Virus record (IMG/VR): IMGVR_UViG_3300006147_000054
Strand: one strand, 5' to 3'
DNA length: 39,845 nucleotides
Origin: a virus
Positions within the stretch are counted from its first letter, which is position 1. Each line of letters starts with the position of its first letter. Positions 32,545 through 39,845 of the stretch are shown here, piece by piece. The position numbers and the translations under genes were made by a program. The notes beneath the pieces were generated by a model. That model had not been told where the DNA came from and searched no databases. It was given only the letters and a program-made list of their open reading frames with translations.

Positions 32545-33225
32545 ATGCCGGTCAACGGCTTTGGTGTTTATATCACTGATTATTCAACTAATCGGACAGT
32601 TGAATTGCCTGTAAACCCGTCAGAATTAACTTTGAAGTATGAAACCGACGATAAGTCAGAAACTATTGTGAATTTGGGAGAGATTAACCGAGTAGGAAAT
32701 ATGAAATTGGTATCTCTTACGATTGACAGCGTCTTTCCTAAGAAACATAGTTCTTGGATTAGTTCAGATAAGCTTTTAAAGGCTGATGAATACATTAATT
32801 GGCTTAAGAATATTCAAGCTAATAAACATCATGTTCAATTAGTCGTCAGTTCTACTCAGATTAGTGTAACTATGACAATTTCTAGCTTTGAATATGGCTT
32901 TAAGAATGGATTTGCAGATGAATATGCTTATACTTTGGGCTTAAAGCAGTATAGAGAAGTTAAGTATCATAAAGTTAATGTTCCAGCTCCTCCCAAACCT
33001 AAACCAAGACCAGCTCCTCCTAAGAAGTTGGGCATTGGTTCAATTGTAATTGTGAATGGTCGGCTACGCCTAGATAGCTATGGAAGTGCGCCGGGTGTAT
33101 ATGAGAATAACGTAAGAAGACGAATTACTTATTTAGCTCCAGGTCATCCATTCCCAATTCACGTTGCATTAGTAAATGGCGGACCTCGGGGCTGGGTTAG
33201 ACAGAGTGAAGTGAGATTAGCATGA
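32545..33225 (+). CDS. Tail/baseplate protein in the XkdP position, with a Pro-rich linker and an SH3-like C-terminal domain
   Basis: AGGAGG lies 8 nt upstream of the ATG at 32545. The linker PAPPKPKPRPAPPKK is followed by a beta-rich tail. No LysM motif was recognised. Confidence 0.6.
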   Translation: MPVNGFGVYITDYSTNRTVELPVNPSELTLKYETDDKSETIVNLGEINRVGNMKLVSLTIDSVFPKKHSSWISSDKLLKADEYINWLKNIQANKHHVQLVVSSTQISVTMTISSFEYGFKNGFADEYAYTLGLKQYREVKYHKVNVPAPPKPKPRPAPPKKLGIGSIVIVNGRLRLDSYGSAPGVYENNVRRRITYLAPGHPFPIHVALVNGGPRGWVRQSEVRLA

Positions 33226-34268
33226 TTACAAAACTTCAAATTCTTAAGCACGACAACGGTGGAGCTAGAATTGGTGTTGAAATCAAAGATATGGTTAAAA
33301 ATCTTAAGTGGGTAACTGATTTAAACTATTCTGCTGGAGAGCTAACGTTTGACATCGTCAACGGTAAAGACCCGATAATCCCAGCAATGGGAGCAATTGT
33401 AGACTTTGCTTGGGATAATAAAGATATTTTCTGGGGTTTTGTGTTTAGTGCAGAATGCACTTCTGATACTACAGTGAGCGTTAAAGCTTACGATTTTGAA
33501 AGATATCTAAAAAGTGAAGGTTCAGTCGTCTTTCAATCGGGAACTCTTGGAGATAGATATAGTAATGTTTGTCGTCGTTTTGGTGTTCCTTTCAACATCA
33601 GGGAACAGCCAAATTACAGAGTACCTGCGGAAGTTTGTGATGGTAAAACTGGCTTTGATATGATTAAGAGCGCAATCGATAAGACATACGCTGCAACTGG
33701 AGAAATGTACTGTATTGTTGCTAATCATATGATTATTGAGCTTAGAAGAGCGCCTATTCCTACACGAACTCTTCTAGTTATTGATACTCAAAACACGATG
33801 AGCGATTACACTTACTCCGAAAGTATTGATAACGCAGCTAACGTTGTTCAAGTGGTTCAAAAGAACACTGATAACTCGCAGACTAAGACAGCAACTGCGA
33901 CTTCTGATACTGGAGACGATCCAGCTACTACAAGTTTTACGATTGCATCTGCTAGAGGCAATACGATTAAAACTTGGGGTCAGATTGTTAAGGTAGTCAA
34001 TGCTAAGAACAAAGCAAACTGGGCACAGATGGTTCAACAAGCTAATGACGAATTGAAGAAACGAAATGTTTCAGAAAGAAAGTTAACGCTGGACTGTATT
34101 GGCGATACTTCTTTAATTGCTGGCGCTGGTGCTAATGTTAAGATTAAAGACTTCGGCAAAACTTGGACTAATTGCCCTATTTTGAAAGCAACTCATAACT
34201 TCGGGACAGATTACACTTGCAGCTTAGAAATGAAAGTAGGTACAAAATGGCAGGAGAACAGCTTATAA
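33222..34268 (+). CDS. XkdQ-like baseplate hub / late-control-D-like protein
   Basis: 348 aa. Assigned from its position in the conserved XkdP-U series. Confidence 0.6.
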   Translation: MITKLQILKHDNGGARIGVEIKDMVKNLKWVTDLNYSAGELTFDIVNGKDPIIPAMGAIVDFAWDNKDIFWGFVFSAECTSDTTVSVKAYDFERYLKSEGSVVFQSGTLGDRYSNVCRRFGVPFNIREQPNYRVPAEVCDGKTGFDMIKSAIDKTYAATGEMYCIVANHMIIELRRAPIPTRTLLVIDTQNTMSDYTYSESIDNAANVVQVVQKNTDNSQTKTATATSDTGDDPATTSFTIASARGNTIKTWGQIVKVVNAKNKANWAQMVQQANDELKKRNVSERKLTLDCIGDTSLIAGAGANVKIKDFGKTWTNCPILKATHNFGTDYTCSLEMKVGTKWQENSL

Positions 34269-34609
34269 AAATGTTGACGGAACGGGGCGGTAGTGACTCC
34301 GAATATTCCGATGTTATCTATGGCCGTGTTATTAGTGCTTCTCCTTTAAGGGTACAAATTTCCAACTCAATGATTATTGATGATAACTTCATTGTGTTAG
34401 GAAAGCACATAGGTAGCTTTTCAATGAGTGGCAGTTTGACGACTACAGAAGAAAAGAAAGGCAAGGACGGAGAAAAGCCTAAGACTGAAAAGACCACTAA
34501 GGCTGCTACTTTTACTTTTGATAACTCTTTAAAAGTAGGCGATAGGGTAACTATGATTAGAGCTGATGGTGGTCAACAATTCTACTTATTTGAGAGAGAG
34601 GGCGGTTAA
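34247..34609 (+). CDS. XkdR-like protein (DUF2577-like)
   Basis: Start at the ATG at 34247. The pattern YGRVISASPLRVQISNSMIIDDNFIVLGKHI matches. Confidence 0.6.
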   Translation: MAGEQLIKMLTERGGSDSEYSDVIYGRVISASPLRVQISNSMIIDDNFIVLGKHIGSFSMSGSLTTTEEKKGKDGEKPKTEKTTKAATFTFDNSLKVGDRVTMIRADGGQQFYLFEREGG

Positions 34610-34610
34610 T

Positions 34611-34982
34611 TTGAATAATGAAGAAAATCAAAATCCTACCCTAACTTTTCAGATTGCTAATGGTAGAATACGGAATAAATTTGATGGCTTAGGTGCTATG
34701 GTTCAAGCTGTAGATAAGATCCTAAAAACAGAACGTTTTGTTTTTCCGATTTATACCGATCAATATGGCAACGATTTAAATGATTTGCTCGGTAAAGACT
34801 TAGGCTATGCAAGAGTTGAAGCTGAACGTATGGTGAAAGAGGCATTACTAGCCGATGAACGTGTAATAGAAGTTGATATCACGAGTATTAACGAGACAAG
34901 TCCCAATACTTTAACTCTTAGTGGCGAATGTCAAACGAGTTATGGAAATATACCAATAGAAAGCGAGGTAAGCATTAAGTGA
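34611..34982 (+). CDS. XkdS-like protein (DUF2634-like)
   Basis: TTG start at 34611, just after the upstream stop, with GAGGGCGG upstream. 123 aa. Confidence 0.55.
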   Translation: MNNEENQNPTLTFQIANGRIRNKFDGLGAMVQAVDKILKTERFVFPIYTDQYGNDLNDLLGKDLGYARVEAERMVKEALLADERVIEVDITSINETSPNTLTLSGECQTSYGNIPIESEVSIK

Positions 34983-36130
34983 GTCCAAATGAATTGATTA
35001 CTGAATTTCAAAATAAAGATTATGACTATTTTCTAAGAAAAATGCTTGATGCTGTACCTGATAATATTGATAAGCGTGAGGGTTCAATCATCTATGACGC
35101 TTTAGCTCCTGCTGCGTTAGTTATGGGGCAACAATCCTTAGATATGGCTAATGTAATCAAAGAAACTTATATCAAAACAGCTTCTGGAAATTTCCTAGAT
35201 TATCGAGCAGTTGAACATGGTACAAGTCGATATCCTGCTACTCAAACAGAAGCTAAGGCGAAAGTTTTAAATGATAAGAAAGAACCATTAGACAATATTC
35301 AAATAGGCGATAAGTTTGCTAGTATTGGCGACTCGCCTATTTTTTATGCCGTGACAAAGATTAATGCTGACTTAACGGTTGAACTAACAGCGGAAGTTAA
35401 GGGTTCCAGCGCTAATAGTTATATCGGGCAGATTTTACCTGTTACTCCAAACGACTTACTTTCATGGGCTGAAATTACAGAAATTACTGCCCCTGCAAGG
35501 GATGTAGAAAGTGACGATCACTTAAGAGCAAGATTGTTAAGCTCTCAAAGCTGGATTGCTTACGGTGGTAATGTAGCTGATTACTTAGACATGACAAGCA
35601 AGATTGATGAGGTTGGAGCTGCACAGATTTATCCAACTTGGAACGGTGGTGGAACTGTTAAAGTTGTTATTCTGAATAATAATTTAATGCCTGCTAGTGC
35701 TAGTTTGGTTCAAAAGGTTAAAAATGTACTTGATCCAGAAGACAAGCAAGCAGAGGGCTATGGATTAGCTCCAATTGACCATGCTGTGACTGTAACTGCT
35801 CCTGAAAAGTTGATTGTAAATGTTGATATTTCAGTAAAGCTTGATGACACGAAAGTAACACGGTACGTGAAAGATAGCATTACTAAGGCAGTTGAGGGCT
35901 ACTTCCAATCATTGAGAGAAGATTGGGCAGACATTAATCAAAAGCTTGGTAGAGGTTATCAAGAAACAATTTATCGTTCTAAGATCCTGTCCCAAGTTAT
36001 GCTGACGGAAGGTGTGGTTAATGCTAAGCTTCCATCTCTAAATGGTCGTGACGCAGACATTGACTTGGTTTTCACTAATTCAAAGTCACAATTGCCAGTG
36101 GTCGGGACGGTGACAATTAATGAGCAATAA
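34979..36130 (+). CDS. Baseplate J-like protein (XkdT-like)
   Basis: 383 aa. Size and position are typical. GTG start overlapping the upstream stop. Confidence 0.7.
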   Translation: MSPNELITEFQNKDYDYFLRKMLDAVPDNIDKREGSIIYDALAPAALVMGQQSLDMANVIKETYIKTASGNFLDYRAVEHGTSRYPATQTEAKAKVLNDKKEPLDNIQIGDKFASIGDSPIFYAVTKINADLTVELTAEVKGSSANSYIGQILPVTPNDLLSWAEITEITAPARDVESDDHLRARLLSSQSWIAYGGNVADYLDMTSKIDEVGAAQIYPTWNGGGTVKVVILNNNLMPASASLVQKVKNVLDPEDKQAEGYGLAPIDHAVTVTAPEKLIVNVDISVKLDDTKVTRYVKDSITKAVEGYFQSLREDWADINQKLGRGYQETIYRSKILSQVMLTEGVVNAKLPSLNGRDADIDLVFTNSKSQLPVVGTVTINEQ

Positions 36131-36680
36131 GTATGAGCTTCTAAACTATATGCCTGATTATTACGATGGCGTATATGAGATGGAGGAGCTCCTTAAATCC
36201 GAAAGTTTAACGCTTAAAGATTTAGAAGACAGCCATTTGAGGACATTGCTAAATGAATTTGTCTCAACTGCTGATGCTAAGGGAATTTCACTCTTTGAAA
36301 GTCAACTAGGCGTAGTTCCAGACGAAAACGATACTTTGGAAATGCGCAGAAATAAGGTCTTGATGTATGTACTACCACCAAGGCCAATAACAATTAGATT
36401 TTTCAAAGATATGCTTAATAACGTTAATCTTCCAGTGAAAATTGATGTTAATTATGGAGCTAGAGCTGTTGTAGCAACTGCTAAATCTGCTGAAATGACA
36501 AGTAATCAGATTAATTACTTGAAGTATCTGTTGAATGTTTATTTGCCTGCTAATCTGCTATATCAAGTAAAAATCTTGCTAAATAGTGCTAAAGTTTCAA
36601 ATGATCTAAGACTTGGCATTGGTAACATTGTAAAAGCAACAGGCATAGCAAAAGCAAGTCCTAGCCAAGTATTTAACTAG
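36120..36680 (+). CDS. XkdU-like tail protein (DUF2313-like)
   Basis: 186 aa. The N-terminus LLNYMPDYYDGVYEMEELLKSE is typical of this family. Confidence 0.65.
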   Translation: MSNKYELLNYMPDYYDGVYEMEELLKSESLTLKDLEDSHLRTLLNEFVSTADAKGISLFESQLGVVPDENDTLEMRRNKVLMYVLPPRPITIRFFKDMLNNVNLPVKIDVNYGARAVVATAKSAEMTSNQINYLKYLLNVYLPANLLYQVKILLNSAKVSNDLRLGIGNIVKATGIAKASPSQVFN

Positions 36681-36692
36681 TGAGGTGATGAA

Positions 36693-39614
36693 ATGTCAGA
36701 ATATAATAAAACAATTTTAACCAATGAAGGTATCGACTTAGCCCGCAGAGCTAACAAGGGTACGGCAACATTCTCTTTGACGCGAGGTGTTTCATCAACT
36801 GATAACTTATCAGGTAAGACTGTTGAAGAACTTCAAAATTTAACTCAATTGCCGAGTATTCAACAATCAGTAGTTTTGAGCGATGTGATCAATACTGCTG
36901 ATAATCCGGATACGGTTTTAGGTGTCAGAATGACTTTTGATAATCAGAATTTGAAGACTGGTTATAATGTTCACACTGTTGGTATCTATGCAAAAGAACC
37001 TGGAAAAAATGAGATTTTGTATGGTATTGTTACTGCAAAAACTCCAGAATACATTCCAGATTTTGGAGAACAAACACTTTTCAAGTTTGATTTTTTAATG
37101 TATTTGGTCATTGGACGTACGGATAAGGTAACTATAGAAGTTAGTCCTGATGATGTTTACCGTAAGAAAGATACATATAATAAGACTGAAATTGATGCTA
37201 AAGTTTCAGATGCTGTATCTAAGTTAAATAATAAAGATGCTGAAATCCTTAAAAGCTTGAATGATTATAAGCAAGAAGATAAAACTTATCATCGAGATCT
37301 TGAACAACAAATTAGCATAAACTTTGATACTAAAGCCGATAAGACTACTGTAGAACAACAACTTGGAACAAAAGCTGATAAGGCCAATACTTACACCAAA
37401 GATGAAGTGAATAGCAAAGTCGCTCCTAAAGCTGATAAAGGCTATGTAGATAGTGAACTGAATAAAAAAGCTGATAAAGCGACTACTTATACTAAAGACG
37501 AAGTAAATAGCAAAATTGCTGGGCAGATTAAGTCAGTAAATGGGCACACTGCTAATGCTAGTGGTGCAGTAACCTTGCCAACTTTGAAAGCTAATACGCT
37601 TACCGGCTATGATGTAAAGAACAAGACAGCTACTTTTGACAACAACGCTCATTTTGATGCAAATGGCATCTTTTCAAGATGGCCTGTAGATCAAGGCGTT
37701 ATCGGGCAACTTGCTGATGCAATTAATGCGAAGCTACCAATTGAAGAGGGACCCGCCAATACTGACCTATTAATGAATGCAGGTAATAAAATAGTTTATT
37801 GGCATGGCAATGGGGATGCAGTTAAGAATTTACCGCCAATGAATAATAAAAAATATTTTTTTGCTGTTAAGTTATTTGATACTAATTGGGGTTCTGTAAC
37901 TGTTATAGATCAAGACGGAGGTTACTGGATAAATACAGCGAATGGCAATGTTTGGACTGGTTGGCGTTCAGTCGTCACAAATGAGCATCTTAAAAAGTTA
38001 AAATTTGTAAAGCAGTCATTAGATCAAAGTGGTAATACTTTCCAAGATACCAAGTTTGTAACGCAAGAAGCAGATGGAACTTTCAAAATTAATATTTTCG
38101 ATAGCGACTGGACTGCAAATAAGGTTGCATGGCTACTGAAAAATACTAGTTCTTATAGCATTGGTGCTAATACTAACTTAAATGATATTAAAGCTCCTGG
38201 TCTTTATCATTGTTCCGGTGCATCTAATATAGCTAATCTTCCTGCTGGCGAGGATAGCTGGTTTAATATGGTCGTTAACAGTGATAATTGGAATGGGTCA
38301 CAAGCTTTGTATGCAACAAATCATAATCAACTCTATATTAGGACTTGGACAAATAGTGGTTTTAGAGGCTGGCAAAGAATAGCTAATGCTGGTGATTTAA
38401 CTAATCAAAGCATCACTTCAATTACTGATTATGATGTTGGAGCTGAAGTCTGGCATAATACACAAACTAATGGATTTAGTTCATCTGGTAATTTTGCTAA
38501 TTATCTTGTTGATGCAGGCGCTCTAAAGCCTATTGCTCATTCAATTAATGTTTTAAACTCAAGCGCTTTAATGCGTGGTGGTGGTGAAATGACAAAAGGA
38601 AGCACAATTTTATGGCAAGGTACTAATGCTGGTCCTAATATTCATGAGGGAAACATTGGCGGTCTTCAATGGAATGGTGCTACAGACTATGTAAAAATTT
38701 TTGGTGATAACAATGCATCTGACAATCTAGATTTAGCCATTCAACTTGGAGACGATAATTCTAACCATATTTCAATCAGGGATAAGGACGGAACAGAAAG
38801 AGCAGCAATTACAGCCGGCGGTCACTTTACTGGTAGTACAGATTGGGCACGTGTAGGTGGAACAGGACTTAACAACCCTACTTTAGGTAGATACATTCAG
38901 CATAGTAATACTTGGAACGACATTATCGGTCAAAACAATGGGCAAATGGCTCTTACAGCTATTCGTGATGATTCTAACGGGTCAGAAAATACAATTGGTC
39001 AACACTCTGCTGGAGTTGCTTTTGGTGGTGGAGATACAAAAGGTGTCTTAAGTGTTGCTTGGGACAAACCACAGGCAAGAATTATTGGTGGTAATGGCAA
39101 TTCACCTACATGGAAAAAAGATATTGCTTGGAAAGATGATATTAATAATGCCAATCCTTCGGTTACGGTAATTAACAGTTTTGACGTTGCTAATGTGAAA
39201 GAAGGACCTCATCAGACTTGGCCTGTAAAACAGCCTTGGCTGGTGGATCAGATGGCATTACACCCGTTTGCAGACGCAATCAATGCGTTGAATACTAATT
39301 TAAGTACTTTAAGAACAGAATTAATGAATTTGAAACGGCGTGTTGACTATAACTCTCCGCAAGGTGAATTTAACAACACAACCGTCAATATTAATGACTT
39401 GAGGAGTACTGGTATTTATCGTTTTGCAAATTGTTATATTCAAAATGGACCATATCCGACTAATAATACTCACTGGATTTATCTACAGGTGACAGTATTT
39501 GATGCTAATACGGTTTATCAGACGCTCTATGAAGGAGATAACATGTATGGTAGAAAGTCATCTAGTCCTACTAATTGGGGTAAATGGCATAAATATCTTA
39601 ACCAAGAAGTTTAA
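36693..39614 (+). CDS. Tail fibre / receptor-binding protein with an N-terminal tail-collar-type domain, KADK repeats and three knob-like modules
   Basis: 973 aa. The N-terminus is ILTNEGIDLARRANKGTATFSLTRG. It has repeats of the form KADKxxTYTKDEVNSK. Three modules end in W-x-G/K-W-R/Q/H. Confidence 0.8.
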   Translation: MSEYNKTILTNEGIDLARRANKGTATFSLTRGVSSTDNLSGKTVEELQNLTQLPSIQQSVVLSDVINTADNPDTVLGVRMTFDNQNLKTGYNVHTVGIYAKEPGKNEILYGIVTAKTPEYIPDFGEQTLFKFDFLMYLVIGRTDKVTIEVSPDDVYRKKDTYNKTEIDAKVSDAVSKLNNKDAEILKSLNDYKQEDKTYHRDLEQQISINFDTKADKTTVEQQLGTKADKANTYTKDEVNSKVAPKADKGYVDSELNKKADKATTYTKDEVNSKIAGQIKSVNGHTANASGAVTLPTLKANTLTGYDVKNKTATFDNNAHFDANGIFSRWPVDQGVIGQLADAINAKLPIEEGPANTDLLMNAGNKIVYWHGNGDAVKNLPPMNNKKYFFAVKLFDTNWGSVTVIDQDGGYWINTANGNVWTGWRSVVTNEHLKKLKFVKQSLDQSGNTFQDTKFVTQEADGTFKINIFDSDWTANKVAWLLKNTSSYSIGANTNLNDIKAPGLYHCSGASNIANLPAGEDSWFNMVVNSDNWNGSQALYATNHNQLYIRTWTNSGFRGWQRIANAGDLTNQSITSITDYDVGAEVWHNTQTNGFSSSGNFANYLVDAGALKPIAHSINVLNSSALMRGGGEMTKGSTILWQGTNAGPNIHEGNIGGLQWNGATDYVKIFGDNNASDNLDLAIQLGDDNSNHISIRDKDGTERAAITAGGHFTGSTDWARVGGTGLNNPTLGRYIQHSNTWNDIIGQNNGQMALTAIRDDSNGSENTIGQHSAGVAFGGGDTKGVLSVAWDKPQARIIGGNGNSPTWKKDIAWKDDINNANPSVTVINSFDVANVKEGPHQTWPVKQPWLVDQMALHPFADAINALNTNLSTLRTELMNLKRRVDYNSPQGEFNNTTVNINDLRSTGIYRFANCYIQNGPYPTNNTHWIYLQVTVFDANTVYQTLYEGDNMYGRKSSSPTNWGKWHKYLNQEV

Positions 39615-39624
39615 TTAGTTTAGA

Positions 39625-39648
39625 CCTTAGTTTATCTAAGGCTTTTTT
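39625..39648 (+). terminator. Intrinsic terminator after the fibre gene
   Basis: CCTTAG-TTTAT-CTAAGG hairpin followed by C and TTTTTT. Confidence 0.6.
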
Positions 39649-39663
39649 ATTGGAGAAAAAATT

Positions 39664-39845
39664 ATGGAAGCAGAAAATTTTTCAAAATTATTGAACGAAG
39701 TTGTAAGTAACGGAAAAATTAATTTTTATTATTATTCAGATCCCACTAGCCCAAACATTGAATTGCATCACTTAGCAATTCCTTTCCCAGGCGAATTAAG
39801 TCCAGTGGATTTACCTTATCGTTGGCATGCAGAAAAGCCAAGTGA
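39664..39845 (+). CDS. 5' part of the junction-spanning CDS (continues at position 78 of the window after the duplicated 77 bp)
   Basis: GGAG lies 8 nt upstream of the ATG at 39664. It is in frame with 1..405 through the repeat. Confidence 0.7.
   Translation, partial: MEAENFSKLLNEVVSNGKINFYYYSDPTSPNIELHHLAIPFPGELSPVDLPYRWHAEKPS
39769..39845. repeat. Terminal 77-bp direct repeat, copy 2
   Basis: Identical to 1-77. Confidence 0.95.

Larger units (their letters stand above)
1..39768. mobile_element. Complete circular temperate myovirus genome (excised or replicative prophage form), unit length 39768 bp
   Basis: The ends overlap exactly (1-77 = 39769-39845) and an ORF reads through the junction. 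A full set of integrase/repressor, replication, packaging, head, contractile tail and lysis modules is present. Confidence 0.85.

Overview
The window is one complete, circularly closed temperate phage genome of about 39.77 kb. Bases 1-77 are identical to 39769-39845, so the two ends overlap, and one ORF (39664..39845 continuing into 1..405) reads across the junction. Sequence composition (low GC), RBS style and protein families point to a Lactobacillaceae-type myovirus with a PBSX/Xkd-like contractile tail. Going round from the junction, the modules are as follows. (1) Lysis: XkdX-like protein, membrane proteins, LL-H-type holin, GH25+SH3b endolysin. (2) attP region with four 11-bp arm-type repeats. 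(3) Minus-strand lysogeny module: tyrosine integrase, membrane Sie candidate, ImmA-like protease, Xre repressor. (4) Divergent switch with TTACAA-N5-TTGTAA operators. (5) Early and replication genes: Cro-like, DUF771-like, DUF1351-like, ERF, replisome organizer with internal iterons, HTH-zinc-ribbon, acidic proteins, antirepressor, RusA, many small ORFs. (6) ArpU-like late regulator. (7) A roughly 1-kb ORF-free, structure-dense region. (8) An AT-rich membrane-protein moron. (9) terS, terL, portal, MuF fusion, scaffold, capsid, connectors, sheath, tube, frameshifted chaperone, tape measure, baseplate (XkdP-U equivalents) and a 973-aa fibre. The strongest candidate for something undescribed is 15938-16971. 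It looks like a late-promoter-driven, terminator-bounded RNA with many perfect helices and four tRNA-like T-arm modules. I cannot tell by eye whether it belongs to the GOLLD or ROOL classes or is new. Secondary candidates are a MuF head protein fused to an unassignable C-terminal domain with an overlapping putative immunity gene, an orphan 45-aa ORF that looks like only the toxin-binding tail of a MazE/ChpS antitoxin, and 13 in-phase 63-bp hydrophobic repeats in the tape measure. All homology statements come from motif recognition by eye and memory, not from searches. Coordinates of non-coding elements may be off by 1-2 nt.
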